Shown in pieces: positions 54,524-64,000 of a stretch of 64,000 nucleotides of DNA. The position numbers were made by a program, and so were the translations under genes. Numbering within the stretch: position 1 is the stretch's first letter; every line of letters starts with the position of its first letter. The notes beneath the pieces were generated by a model. It was not told where the DNA came from and made no database searches. It saw only the letters and a list, made by a program, of their open reading frames with translations. Origin of the DNA: Candidatus Nanoarchaeia archaeon (GTDB taxonomy: Archaea > Nanobdellota > Nanobdellia > Woesearchaeales > GW2011-AR4); the NCBI GenBank assembly GCA_035288925.1, contig DATDYS010000013.1:22168-86167 (forward strand), written 5' to 3'.

Positions 54524-56527
54524 ATGGGCAGTTTCATGCAAGTTTGCACGGAGATAGTTAAGGAGCTTAAGAAAAGCGATGTGAAAACGCAGCGACAGCT
54601 GAATAAAATTAAGCTTAAAATTCTGAATAAATATAAGTCCAAAGGGAATATAATTCAAATACCGAAAAACGCTGACATATACTTTGCCGCTTCTGAAAAA
54701 GACAGGAAAAAGTTCATGGAGCTTCTTTCACTAAAACCCGTTCGGACAATAAGCGGAGTCGCTCCGATTGCATTGATGTCAGAGCCTTATCCGTGCCCGC
54801 ATACTTTAAAGGGAATAGGCCCTTGCACTTACTGCCCTGGCGGCCCGGGCTCGCCGTTCGGGAATGTTCCGCAAAGCTACACCGGCAAGGAGCCTTCAAC
54901 AAGAAGGTCAATAAGAAGCAATTACGACCCTTACATGATAGTTTTCAACAGGCTCGAGCACTATGTCGCGATGGGCAAAGTTCCGGACAAGGCCGAAATA
55001 ATTGTTCAGGGCGGCACTTTCACCTTTTTTCCAAAGCTGTACCAGGAATACTTTGTAAAGTACGCGCTGAAAGCAATGAATGACTTCTCAAGGCTATTTT
55101 TCGATGACGGCGGAAACATAGACATGCTGAAATTCAAGATTTTCTTTGAGCTGCCGAGAATAATTTCCGAAGACGAAAAAAGAACAAAGTCAATACAAAA
55201 AAAATTATTGCAGATTAAGCATCTGGATTTAAGCGATTCAAAAGTATTTGATAAAATTAAGCATGATTTTTTTAATGATAAACTTACAAAATTTGAAAAT
55301 AATCAGGGAGGGAATTTAATGAACGCACCAGCTGCAGATTTCAAAGCCCTCCACCCACCCCTCGCTGTTGAACTTAATAGTGCCAGCAGTTCATTGAAAC
55401 TAACAAATATAAATAACGCAAATGTCAGGGCAATAAAAAATGTGCAGAACAAAATCAAAACTGAAAATTTAACTCCGTTGTCATTAAAGCAGATTCAGAA
55501 AGAGAACGAAACTGCCTTAATCAGGTGCGTTGGCCTTACAATAGAGACAAAAAGCGATTTTGGTAAATTATACCACGGAAACATTATGCTGGAATTGGGC
55601 TGCACAAGAGTGGAATTGGGAATTCAGTCAGTTTATGATAAGGTTCTCAAAGAAACTCACAGGGGAAACACAGTAGCGGACAATATTGAATCAATCAGGA
55701 TTCTGAAAGATTTGGGATTTAAAATAAACTACCACTACATGCCGGGCCTGCCGCTGACAACCAAGAAAATGGATTTGAAAGGGCTGAAAGAATTGTTCAA
55801 AAATCCAGATTATATGCCCGATATGCTGAAAATCTACCCATGCATGGTTATGGAAGGAACAAAATTATACGATGACTGGAAAGCAGGAAAATTCAGGCCA
55901 TTAACTACAAAAGAAGCTGCTGAGATGATTGCCGAAACAAAAAGAAATGTGCCAAAATGGTGCAGAATAATGAGGGTTCAAAGGGATATTCCCACAAATG
56001 CGACCGCAGGCGGCGTTGACAAAACGAACCTGAGGCAGTATGTTGAGAAAATCTGCAAAGAAAAAAATATCCACTGCAAGTGCATAAGGTGCAGGGAGGT
56101 AGGATTTTATTCAAAAAATAAGGATAACCTAAAAATAAATTTTGATAAAATAAAAATAACAACAACAGAGTATAAAGCGTCGCACGGAAAAGAATTTTTT
56201 ATTGAAGCGGAAGATAAAAAAAATGACATACTGATTGGATTTGTCAGGTTAAGATTTCCTTCCCAGTTCCTAAGGGAAGAAATAACAAAAAAATCCGCTT
56301 TGATAAGGGAGATTCACGTCTTCTCGTCCGCAGTCCAGATAGGCAAAAAATCAGAAGACAGCTTCCAGCACCGCGGTTTGGGAAAAAAATTGTTAAAGAA
56401 AGCGGAAGATATCGCAAAGCAGAGCGGAAAAAACAAAATGGTTATAATCTCAGGCATCGGAGCAAGGGAATACTTCAGAAAACTGAGTTATGAGATGGAA
56501 GGGCCTTATATGGTCAAAAAGATTTAA
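54524..56527 (+). CDS. elp3: Elp3-family radical SAM / GNAT tRNA wobble-uridine modification enzyme, with ~90-aa insertion
   Basis: 667 aa. PCPHTLKGIGPCTYCPGG cluster, RCVGLTIETKSDF. C-terminal GNAT motif HRGLGKKLL. Confidence 0.8.
   Translation: MGSFMQVCTEIVKELKKSDVKTQRQLNKIKLKILNKYKSKGNIIQIPKNADIYFAASEKDRKKFMELLSLKPVRTISGVAPIALMSEPYPCPHTLKGIGPCTYCPGGPGSPFGNVPQSYTGKEPSTRRSIRSNYDPYMIVFNRLEHYVAMGKVPDKAEIIVQGGTFTFFPKLYQEYFVKYALKAMNDFSRLFFDDGGNIDMLKFKIFFELPRIISEDEKRTKSIQKKLLQIKHLDLSDSKVFDKIKHDFFNDKLTKFENNQGGNLMNAPAADFKALHPPLAVELNSASSSLKLTNINNANVRAIKNVQNKIKTENLTPLSLKQIQKENETALIRCVGLTIETKSDFGKLYHGNIMLELGCTRVELGIQSVYDKVLKETHRGNTVADNIESIRILKDLGFKINYHYMPGLPLTTKKMDLKGLKELFKNPDYMPDMLKIYPCMVMEGTKLYDDWKAGKFRPLTTKEAAEMIAETKRNVPKWCRIMRVQRDIPTNATAGGVDKTNLRQYVEKICKEKNIHCKCIRCREVGFYSKNKDNLKINFDKIKITTTEYKASHGKEFFIEAEDKKNDILIGFVRLRFPSQFLREEITKKSALIREIHVFSSAVQIGKKSEDSFQHRGLGKKLLKKAEDIAKQSGKNKMVIISGIGAREYFRKLSYEMEGPYMVKKI
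55311..55384 (+). repeat. dispersed repeat family, copy B, in-frame inside the Elp3 coding sequence
   Basis: AATCAGGGAGGGAAT (55311-55325), GCCCTCCACCCACCC (55346-55360) and TTAATAGTGCC, all shared with copy A. Confidence 0.65.
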
Positions 56528-56566
56528 TAGGGTTATAAGATTACCAAAACTGTGTTTTAAAAATAG

Positions 56567-57841
56567 GTGATAAAAATTAAACATCAGAATGAAAAGGATT
56601 GGCCATACATCGTTGAATTTTTGCATCACGGGACAAAAAACCCTTACGTTGCGAATCTTGTCACATCTATAGCAAAAAAAACTCGCAAGGATAGTAAACT
56701 TGGGCCAAGAGATGCAATAGATACAATAAAAAGAGACGGGCTTAAAGGAGTCATCTCACTTTTTGAGCACGTTAATTCTGCAGATGTCTGGTCTGGAGGA
56801 ACAGTAAGGGGAATGCACCATGTCGGATCCTATACTGAATTGCAAAATATCGGACTCAGGACTAACATCCACGTAGGAAGCTCAGCTGGTGGGATAACTG
56901 CCGTCTTTAGGGCCTTTGATATGGGCTATAATCATCAACCAACAGGTTTGATTGATACCGATGCGGCTTCTCTCAATAGTTTTGTCATGAAGCTTTTAGA
57001 GAGCATTCAACTTCCAAAATCAGAAGGATGGATGGGTAAAATTATTTATTTGTTAAAAGAAATTTTAAGAGTTATTAAGCTCGAAGGAATTGTGCCATCT
57101 GACAGGCTGGAAAAATTATTGAAGGAAACCTTAAGCAAAAGCGAAGGAGTCCCCTTCCTCATGGAGGATGCTCCAAATTTATATCTCGTTGTCACGCATC
57201 TGAATAGCTCTAGAGAGCATAAGCTGGTTATCAATTCCCATAGCCAGCCAAAAGAGCAAATATGGAAAGTTTTAAGAAAGTCGGCAGGCCATGTATATTT
57301 GTTTAGGCCAATAAATGAAGAAGGGGAAATTTATATCGATGGGATAGTTGAGGGGTTTCCATTGATGACTGCAATGGATGCCGGTGCAGACATATCAATT
57401 GGATTTTTTGTTAATTACGGGCTTACTAATGAAAATTTGGAAAGAATTAACATCAAAAAAGTAATTGAAAAGGTCGTCGTTAGGTGGCCATTAAAGGTTG
57501 CTCAATACATCGGGATTACTCAAATTCCAAGAACACTTAGTTATTTTGATGCTTTAATTCACATACTTTCCATGCAAATAAACTCTAACAACTGCAAAAA
57601 TTTAACAGGCTACAGCCCAGACGAATTATCATCCAAAGGGGACCCGTACGGCAAAGTGCTGCTTGTTATGCCTGATATATCAAACGTTTCTCCTACTGAA
57701 TTCACAGTCCACACCTCAGAGGAATTGATAATCAGGGGCAGAAAGGATACATTAAAAGCAATTAAATATTTTTTGAATCCGGCATTTGCGCATGAGAAGT
57801 ATGACCCAAACTATTTTTCCAAAAAACTTATTAAATGTTAA
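56567..57841 (+). CDS. patatin-like phospholipase domain protein
   Basis: 424 aa. SGGTVRG (GGxR oxyanion motif) and GSSAGG (GxSxG nucleophile). Confidence 0.55.
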   Translation: MIKIKHQNEKDWPYIVEFLHHGTKNPYVANLVTSIAKKTRKDSKLGPRDAIDTIKRDGLKGVISLFEHVNSADVWSGGTVRGMHHVGSYTELQNIGLRTNIHVGSSAGGITAVFRAFDMGYNHQPTGLIDTDAASLNSFVMKLLESIQLPKSEGWMGKIIYLLKEILRVIKLEGIVPSDRLEKLLKETLSKSEGVPFLMEDAPNLYLVVTHLNSSREHKLVINSHSQPKEQIWKVLRKSAGHVYLFRPINEEGEIYIDGIVEGFPLMTAMDAGADISIGFFVNYGLTNENLERINIKKVIEKVVVRWPLKVAQYIGITQIPRTLSYFDALIHILSMQINSNNCKNLTGYSPDELSSKGDPYGKVLLVMPDISNVSPTEFTVHTSEELIIRGRKDTLKAIKYFLNPAFAHEKYDPNYFSKKLIKC

Positions 57842-57861
57842 TTATAGTTTACTAAATTAAA

Positions 57862-58815
57862 ATGCAGACAAATCCATTTCACAATGCGGCTGAGATAACA
57901 TTCAAGCCCAAGTTTATAGAAAGGTATTCTAACCTAACAGACTGGGAAGAATTCAAGACATGCTCTTTGTCGTTTCTGCACCGCTCAATCCGCATCAACA
58001 CTTTAAAAATTTCAGTCAAAGAATTAAAGGAAAAGCTGGAAAAGAACTGGAATCTTGAGCAGGTTCCATGGTGCAAAGAGGGCTTTTTGATTGAGCACCA
58101 TAAAAAAGAAAGAAGAGATATTGGAAATTTAATCGAGCATTCATTGGGTTATTTTTACATACAGGAAGCGGCATCTATGATTCCGCCGATTGTTCTTGAG
58201 CCAAAGCCGCACGAAATCATTTTGGACATTGCAGCATCCCCGGGAAGCAAAACAACGCAAATTGCGCAGTACATGGAAAACAAGGGAATTCTGATAGCAA
58301 ACGATTACACATACGAGAGAATGAAGCCGCTGTCAATCAATTTGCAGAAATGCGGCGTTACAAACACAATAATAACTTTAATGGACGGACAGTGGTTTAA
58401 AAAATCCGGAATTGAATTTGACAGGGTCTTGGTTGACGCGCCCTGCTCCGGAACCGGCACTATTAGAAAAAGCCTGAAAACAATCGGCATCTGGAATCCT
58501 GACATGATTAGGAGGCTTTCAATAACCCAAAAGCAATTAATTGAAACGGGGTTTAATTTATTAAAAGAAAACGGAACTTTGACTTATTCAACCTGCTCAT
58601 TAGAGCCGGAGGAAGATGAGGCAGTTGTTGATTTCCTGTTAAATAAATATGAAAATGCAAAAATTGAAGAAATAAAATTAAATCTGAAAAGAAGCCCAGC
58701 AATTCTAGAGTTTGAAGATAAAAAATATTCAGATGAAGTCAAGAAATGCCTGAGAATCTGGCCGCAGGATAATAATACTGAAGGTTTCTTCGTGGCGAAG
58801 ATAAGGAAATCCTAA
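57862..58815 (+). CDS. NOL1/NOP2/Sun family RNA cytosine-C5 methyltransferase
   Basis: DAPCSGTG and TYSTCSL catalytic cysteine motifs. Confidence 0.85.
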   Translation: MQTNPFHNAAEITFKPKFIERYSNLTDWEEFKTCSLSFLHRSIRINTLKISVKELKEKLEKNWNLEQVPWCKEGFLIEHHKKERRDIGNLIEHSLGYFYIQEAASMIPPIVLEPKPHEIILDIAASPGSKTTQIAQYMENKGILIANDYTYERMKPLSINLQKCGVTNTIITLMDGQWFKKSGIEFDRVLVDAPCSGTGTIRKSLKTIGIWNPDMIRRLSITQKQLIETGFNLLKENGTLTYSTCSLEPEEDEAVVDFLLNKYENAKIEEIKLNLKRSPAILEFEDKKYSDEVKKCLRIWPQDNNTEGFFVAKIRKS

Positions 58816-59363
58816 GCCTTCCCTTTCAGCACTTTGCCGTTTACTTCCAATTCCTTTATCTTTGTTCTTAAGAAATCAATTGTTTTAGTGTTATCCTGAT
58901 GATTCAGAATAGATCCGCACTCAGGGCATCTGTATTCCAGGTCAACAGCTTTCTCAAAGCCAACCCTTACGCATGCGTTTGGGCACAGGTAAAAGTTTCC
59001 GAAATTTGCCTCTTCGTCTTTTAATCTTTGAGTATACTTGGAAAGTTTTTCTTTTGATGTCTTGTCAAGCAGTTCTTTAACCCGTTTCTTGTTGAAAGTC
59101 CAATAACTGATATACCATCCTTTCTGCCGGTCTTTCTTCCTGTAATAAGAAACAAGGTTGTGGTTGTAAAGCCTGTAAAGAATGTTCCTGACTTCGTGAA
59201 TGTCCCTGTCAACTTTCTCGGCAATCTTGAAATCCGAGATATTCTTCTTGTCTTTAAGGTACTCAATTATTTTTAACGAGTCTTCTCCAATTACTTCCTT
59301 GACTGTATCATTCACTTTGTTATTTGTTATTTTAGTTGTCATTGTGATTTCCTGTAATTTCAA
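58812..59363 (-). CDS. tfe: transcription factor E (TFIIE-alpha homolog)
   Basis: 183 aa. Winged helix plus CPNAC...CPECG zinc ribbon. Confidence 0.7.
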   Translation of the reverse strand: MKLQEITMTTKITNNKVNDTVKEVIGEDSLKIIEYLKDKKNISDFKIAEKVDRDIHEVRNILYRLYNHNLVSYYRKKDRQKGWYISYWTFNKKRVKELLDKTSKEKLSKYTQRLKDEEANFGNFYLCPNACVRVGFEKAVDLEYRCPECGSILNHQDNTKTIDFLRTKIKELEVNGKVLKGKA

Positions 59364-59616
59364 ATGATATAGGGCTATCCCAAACCGAATAAGCGCCTAT
59401 TCACCCCCTTTGATAATAACACAATACCTATAGCGAAACGTGACAAGTAATTACAGCAATAGAGCTAGAAGCTTACTGCATAGTTCTCACGGGTCTGGTA
59501 TATATAAACTTTATCATTATACAACATCTATTTTATAAACTATATATTAGGATTGTACTAATTAAGCTCACCCAGCCTGATAAAAGTTTTTATATTAAGC
59601 GTGATTTCCATGATTA

Positions 59617-60033
59617 ATGGCAACAGAAAAGAGCTGCGGTGCAGTTGTTTTTAAAAGAATGAAAGATAATTCTGCAAAATACCTGATTCTGCATTACATA
59701 AACGGGCATTGGGAATTCCCAAAAGGCCACATGGAAAAGAATGAGAAAGAAGAGCAGACTGCAATGCGCGAGATAAAGGAAGAAACCGCCTTAGAGGATG
59801 TGGAGTTCGTTGACGGATTCCGGGAAACGGTAAAATATTTCTTCAAGAAAGGCGAAGAGACTGTATACAAGGAAGTCATTTTCTTCCTTGGAGAAACCCA
59901 TTCTGATGAAGTCACACTGTCAAGCGAGCACATTGGTTATGCATGGCTGAATTACGAGCATGCTTACAAGAAATTAAACTTTAACAATTCCAAAGAGCTG
60001 CTGGAAAAGGCTGAGAAATTTTTGCATAAGTAA
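59617..60033 (+). CDS. NUDIX hydrolase
   Basis: Nudix box GHMEKNEKEEQTAMREIKEETAL. Confidence 0.85.
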   Translation: MATEKSCGAVVFKRMKDNSAKYLILHYINGHWEFPKGHMEKNEKEEQTAMREIKEETALEDVEFVDGFRETVKYFFKKGEETVYKEVIFFLGETHSDEVTLSSEHIGYAWLNYEHAYKKLNFNNSKELLEKAEKFLHK

Positions 60034-60087
60034 TAATGAGCCAATATTCTCCAAAACTTTAAATACAATAAAATTAAAGCCATTCCT

Positions 60088-61797
60088 ATGAAAAACTTTG
60101 AAGTCGCAGCGCTTCTTAATGAAATCGCCGATTACCTGGAATTTCAGAATGAGCCGTTCAAAGTGAGGGCGTACAGGAAAGCTGCCCTGATGATTAACGG
60201 GCTGTCGGAAGACATTGGGCAGATTTGGAAAGACAGCAAATTGGAAGAGCTGCCGGGAATCGGCGAGGGCATTGCAAAGAAAATTGATGATTTTCTGAAA
60301 AATAATAAATCAAAATATCTTGATGAATTAAAAAAGAAAACTCCGGTTGACATGGAGCAGCTCGGCACGATTGATGGCATCGGGCCAAAGACAATAATGA
60401 GATTGTACAGGGAATTGAAAATAAAAAATGTTAAAGATTTGGAAACGGCTGCAAAAAAAGGCAAAATACGAAAAATTGAAGGCCTCGGCCCAACTGTAGA
60501 AAAAAATATTCTGAAAAGCATTGATTTTGCAAGAACTTCCAAAAAAAGAGTTCTTTTGGGATTTGCCTTAAGCTATGCTGAAGAAATCGTTAACACGTTA
60601 AAAACACTAAAGGAAGTCAAAAGAGCGAATGTTGCCGGTTCAACAAGAAGAATGAAAGAGACAATAGGCGACATTGATATTTTAGTTACATCCCAAAACC
60701 CGGCAAAAGTCATTGAGTTCTTTGCAAAAATGCCAAATGTCGACCAGGTTCTTGCAAAAGGCGACACAAAATCTTCCATAAGGCTAAAAGAAGGAATTCA
60801 GGTTGACTTAAGGGTTGTTGATGATAAAATTTTTGGAGCCGCTTTGCTGTATTTCACTGGCAACCAGCAGCACAACATAATTCTGAGAAGAAGGGCAATC
60901 AAAAGGGGCCTGAAATTAAGCGAGTACGGATTGTTTGACAGAAAAAATGAAAAATTAATTGCAGGAAAAACTGAAGAAGAAATCTACAAAAAGCTTGGAT
61001 TAAGCTATATTGAGCCAGAGATGAGGGAAGATGAAGGCGAGATTGAAGCGTCACAGCTCGGCTCGCTGCCAAAAGTAATCGGCTACGATGGCATCAAAGG
61101 CGATTTGCAGATGCACACCAAATGGAGCGACGGCTCAAACACAATTGAGGAGATGGCCCTTGCCGCAAAAAAGCTCGGGCATGAATATATCTGCATAACT
61201 GACCACACCGGAAGATTGGCAATTGCAAATCCTCTTGATGAAAAAAGAATCCTGCAGCAGAAAAAGGAAATTAAAAAGGTAAATAAGAAAATTAAAGGAA
61301 TAACTGTATTGCACGGAACCGAAGTCAATATAACCGAAGACGGAAGTTTGGATATGAATGACCGAATTTTGAAACAATTTGATATTGTTATTGGCGCAAT
61401 TCATTCGGGCTTTAAGAATCCAAAGGAGAAAACAACTAAAAGAATGATTAGGGCAATGCAGAACGAAAATGTGGATATCATTGCGCATCCGACCGGAAGG
61501 CTGATTACCAAAAGAGAGGCTTACGAAATTGACCTGGAAAAAGTTTTCGATGAAGCAAAGAAAACGGGAACTGTGATGGAAATAAATTCTTACCCTGAAA
61601 GGATGGATTTGAAAGATACTGATGTCCGCGCAGCAATAAAAAATGGGGTTAAGCTGGTTATAAGCACAGACTCCCACAACACAGACCAATTAAAATTCAT
61701 AAAATTAGGAATCGGAACAGCAAGAAGAGGCTGGGCGAGGAAAGAGGATATCATCAACACGAGAAGCTTGAAGGAAATGATGAAGATGCTGAAATAA
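60088..61797 (+). CDS. DNA polymerase X family protein with C-terminal PHP domain
   Basis: 569 aa. Pol beta-like HhH motifs (LPGIGEGIAKKI, IDGIGPKT), nucleotidyltransferase GSTRR, PHP histidine clusters. Confidence 0.8.
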   Translation: MKNFEVAALLNEIADYLEFQNEPFKVRAYRKAALMINGLSEDIGQIWKDSKLEELPGIGEGIAKKIDDFLKNNKSKYLDELKKKTPVDMEQLGTIDGIGPKTIMRLYRELKIKNVKDLETAAKKGKIRKIEGLGPTVEKNILKSIDFARTSKKRVLLGFALSYAEEIVNTLKTLKEVKRANVAGSTRRMKETIGDIDILVTSQNPAKVIEFFAKMPNVDQVLAKGDTKSSIRLKEGIQVDLRVVDDKIFGAALLYFTGNQQHNIILRRRAIKRGLKLSEYGLFDRKNEKLIAGKTEEEIYKKLGLSYIEPEMREDEGEIEASQLGSLPKVIGYDGIKGDLQMHTKWSDGSNTIEEMALAAKKLGHEYICITDHTGRLAIANPLDEKRILQQKKEIKKVNKKIKGITVLHGTEVNITEDGSLDMNDRILKQFDIVIGAIHSGFKNPKEKTTKRMIRAMQNENVDIIAHPTGRLITKREAYEIDLEKVFDEAKKTGTVMEINSYPERMDLKDTDVRAAIKNGVKLVISTDSHNTDQLKFIKLGIGTARRGWARKEDIINTRSLKEMMKMLK

Positions 61798-61881
61798 GGA
61801 ATTCATTCTTTAAATTGTATTGCTTTAATAGTAGTTAATTACAAAATATTTATATAACGCGCATCTTTCCCCAGTCTTAAA

Positions 61882-62148
61882 ATGAGTATAAACGAATTGC
61901 TGGAAACTTATAGAAGTTTACGCACAGAGGATGCAAATCCGCAGCATAAGTATCAAAGAGGCTCGACTTCGCTGGCATCGGTATGGCAGGAAATTGTTTA
62001 TAACAAGCTCCCAGTAAGCCAATTTGACTTGCGTGCGATTTTAATGTATGGAATTGTGTCGTTGAAGCATCCGAAGGAATTGCCTGAATGGAAATTTGAA
62101 GAAACCAGAAGAAGTCTTGCATCGGTTGGCAGCGCAATCAGAACCTAG
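61882..62148 (+). CDS. hypothetical small protein
   Basis: 88 aa, no motif. Confidence 0.3.
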   Translation: MSINELLETYRSLRTEDANPQHKYQRGSTSLASVWQEIVYNKLPVSQFDLRAILMYGIVSLKHPKELPEWKFEETRRSLASVGSAIRT

Positions 62149-62241
62149 CTGAAAACTAATTTGCAGATAAAATAAGCTTAACACAATATTTTTATATAAG
62201 GTATAACTCTCCCGAATCAAAACTTTCAAAGGGGGGTTTAA

Positions 62242-63234
62242 ATGATAAACGTCGCAATAAACGGTTTTGGCAGGATCGGAAGATTAGTCCTAAGGGCAGG
62301 AATGAAGGATAAAAGCATAAACTGGGTTGCTGTCAATGATGTGACTGATGCAAAGACTCTGGCCCATTTGTTCAAATATGATTCTGTGCATGGAAAATAT
62401 GAAGGAACAGTCGAGCACACTGATGACTCTCTAGTAATTGACGGAAAGAAAATAAAAGTCTTGTCTGTGCTGGATGCGGCAAAATACCCCTGGAAAGAAT
62501 TGAATATCGACGTCGTTGTTGAAAGCACCGGAAAATTCACCGACAGGGCGGGAACTGAGATGCACCTTAAAGCGGGGGCAAAAAAAGTCCTGCTCAGCGC
62601 GCCAGGAAAAGGAATGGACCTTACAATTGTAATGGGCGTCAATGACGAAATGTATGACAAAAACAATCACCATATTGTTTCAAATGCGTCATGCACGACA
62701 AACTGCCTTGCGCCAGTTGTAAAAGTCCTTAACGATAACTTTGGCGTCAAAAGAGGGTTTATGACAACAGTCCATGCTTACACGGCAGACCAAAAATTAG
62801 TTGATGCCCCGCACAAGGACTTGAGAAGGTCAAGAAGCGCGGCAGTCTCCATAATACCAACAACAACCGGAGCTGCAAAATCAATCGGTGAAGTGATTCC
62901 AGAATTGAAGGGAAAGCTGGACGGCATTTCATTAAGAGTTCCCATACCGACCGGCTCTGTGACTGATTTGGTGTGCGAGCTGGAAAAGGAAACAACCAAA
63001 GAAGAGATAAATGAAACTTTCAAGAAAGCGGCAGAGAAGCTCAAAGGAATACTTGAATATTCAGAAGAGCCGCTGGTCTCGGTTGATATAGTAACCGACC
63101 CGCACTCGTCAATACTGGACTCGCAGCTCACGAACGTCATCGGCGGCAGCTTCGTAAAAGTTGTTGCATGGTATGACAACGAGTGGGGATTTTCAGTGAG
63201 AATGATTGATGTGATTAAATTGCTGATGAAGTGA
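62242..63234 (+). CDS. gap: glyceraldehyde-3-phosphate dehydrogenase, class I (bacterial/eukaryotic type)
   Basis: INGFGRIGR and [12 protein letters not shown] active-site motifs. Confidence 0.9.
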   Translation: MINVAINGFGRIGRLVLRAGMKDKSINWVAVNDVTDAKTLAHLFKYDSVHGKYEGTVEHTDDSLVIDGKKIKVLSVLDAAKYPWKELNIDVVVESTGKFTDRAGTEMHLKAGAKKVLLSAPGKGMDLTIVMGVNDEMYDKNNHHIVSNASCTTNCLAPVVKVLNDNFGVKRGFMTTVHAYTADQKLVDAPHKDLRRSRSAAVSIIPTTTGAAKSIGEVIPELKGKLDGISLRVPIPTGSVTDLVCELEKETTKEEINETFKKAAEKLKGILEYSEEPLVSVDIVTDPHSSILDSQLTNVIGGSFVKVVAWYDNEWGFSVRMIDVIKLLMK

Positions 63235-63299
63235 TTGATTTTTATTTTGATTATTTTTTTCTTAACTTTTAATTGCTGCAGGATTTCTAGATAAATTAA

Positions 63300-63390
63300 T
63301 CTTAAGGGAGGGAACTTTACATTTGCACTCAATGTGGTTTATCCGCCCTCCAGCCACCCGTAACTATTTTATATCGGGCGCGCTTCCCGG
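63300..63390 (+). repeat. dispersed repeat family, copy C (AAGGGAGGGAA ... GCCCTCCAGCCACCCG)
   Basis: Diverged copy. Same spacing (~30 nt) between the GGGAGGGAA and CCCTCC blocks, and GCACTCAATG matches GCACTAAATG in copy A. Confidence 0.55.
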
Positions 63391-63395
63391 AATGT

Positions 63396-64000
63396 ATGTA
63401 CCAAATAAAAGCAATTCCAAAAGATTTCATCGTAAAAGAAGTAAGCAAGTTTAACACAAAAGAGAATGGCCAATACGCATATTTCCTTCTCAAAAAAACC
63501 AATTATTCCACGGTAAAGTCGCTGGAAGTTCTGTCTGAAAAACTTAATATTCCATTAAAAAATATCGGCTTTGCCGGTAACAAAGACCGAAATGCAGTCA
63601 CGGAACAGGCAATCTCAGTCCTCAAAGGAAGTAGAAACGCTGAAAATCTCAGCTTAAGGGGCATTGAATTAAAATATTTGGGAAACGGAAAAGAGCCGAT
63701 TTCTTTGGGTGATTTGGAAGGCAATGAATTCACAATTACTGTGCGGAATTTAAATGATAATGAAGTTAAAAAAATAAAAAACCTGGAAAATAAAAAGATA
63801 AACGTGCCAAACCTATTCGGGCCACAGAGGTTCAGCAATAACAACCATCTCGCCGGAAAATCCATTATAAAAAAAGATTTCAAAAAAGCTGTTGGGCTGA
63901 TTATGGAAAATGAAGGAAACATCGAGAATGAAATCCAAGGATATCTTGAAAATAAAAAAAATGACTATGCCGGAGCATTAAGGCTGATTCCGCTAAAAAC
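63396..64000 (+). CDS. truD: tRNA pseudouridine synthase TruD, 5' partial (runs off the window end)
   Basis: Hand translation MYQIKAIPKDFIVKEV...NIGFAGNKDRNAVTEQ. F.V.E motif and GxKDR catalytic Asp motif. Not in the ORF track. Confidence 0.65.
   Translation, partial: MYQIKAIPKDFIVKEVSKFNTKENGQYAYFLLKKTNYSTVKSLEVLSEKLNIPLKNIGFAGNKDRNAVTEQAISVLKGSRNAENLSLRGIELKYLGNGKEPISLGDLEGNEFTITVRNLNDNEVKKIKNLENKKINVPNLFGPQRFSNNNHLAGKSIIKKDFKKAVGLIMENEGNIENEIQGYLENKKNDYAGALRLIPLK

Noticed and set aside
54524-56527. Intein or intron interrupting Elp3
   Set aside because: The extra ~90 aa are low-complexity, with no intein splice motifs (no C/S...HN junctions) or homing-endonuclease blocks. The frame is continuous. 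The insertion is better explained by a loop insertion coinciding with the dispersed repeat.
1-64000. CRISPR arrays, transposases, integrases
   Set aside because: No regularly spaced direct repeats were found. No IS-like or recombinase ORFs were recognised. The only integration-like signal is the 15-bp tRNA 3'-end duplication at 22191/22269.

Overview
Low-GC window (roughly 38-40% by eye, not computed). It reads as archaeal: EF-1alpha followed by uS10, archaeal SRP54, Elp3, TFE-alpha, a PolX, and intron-bearing tRNA genes. I called features left to right, verifying motifs by hand where stated.

(1) 1-8.3 kb, minus strand: a MoxR/DUF58/vWA membrane-protein cluster. The DUF58 gene runs off the window start and is missed by the ORF track. 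An AbrB-like regulator sits upstream.

(2) 8.4-16.9 kb: signal peptidase I, bacterial-type ThrRS, a secreted beta-propeller lipoprotein, an ArsR-like regulator, SRP54.

(3) 17.0-22.3 kb: four tRNA genes, all apparently intron-containing. They are a three-intron tRNA-Tyr, a two-intron tRNA-Leu, a weak Thr-like candidate, and a Val-like tRNA with C33. A 15-bp duplication of the Val tRNA 3' end lies 63 bp downstream. Between them are a secreted protein, three tandem paralogous unknown proteins and two tandem CBS proteins.

(4) 22.3-27.6 kb: AI-2E permease, AMP phosphorylase, EF-1alpha, uS10, and a divergent putative regulator.

(5) 27.6-42.9 kb: a contiguous aromatic amino-acid supraoperon, trpEGDCBA then DAHP synthase (N-terminal regulatory domain), aroB, a 1090-aa EPSPS-SK-DHQase-SDH fusion (AROM-like), aroC, CM-PDH (tyrA) and pheA. 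Highly similar palindromic leader elements precede trpB, the DAHP synthase gene and aroB. No trpF is present.

(6) 43.2-51.1 kb, the most unusual region: queE is divergent from a tightly overlapping operon of a DUF43/BpsA-like protein, a NodU/TobZ-type carbamoyltransferase, a KsgA/Erm-like methyltransferase, an LmbE/PIG-L deacetylase, a GT2 glycosyltransferase and a QueC-like PP-loop enzyme with a ~190-aa N-terminal extension. A convergent SAM methyltransferase follows. I interpret this as a candidate 7-deazapurine glycoside or modification gene cluster.

(7) 51.2-64 kb: an AAATAAGTA 9-mer array in front of an unlisted 55-aa AbrB-like ORF, a P-type ATPase, Elp3 carrying an in-frame copy of a dispersed GGGAGGGAA...CCCTCCACCCACCC repeat (two more copies at 20.5 kb and 63.3 kb), a patatin-like protein, NSUN methyltransferase, TFE, Nudix, PolX, a bacterial-type (class I) GAPDH, and a 5' partial TruD.

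No CRISPR array, transposase or integrase gene was seen. Evidence is sequence motifs read by eye; nothing was searched against a database.
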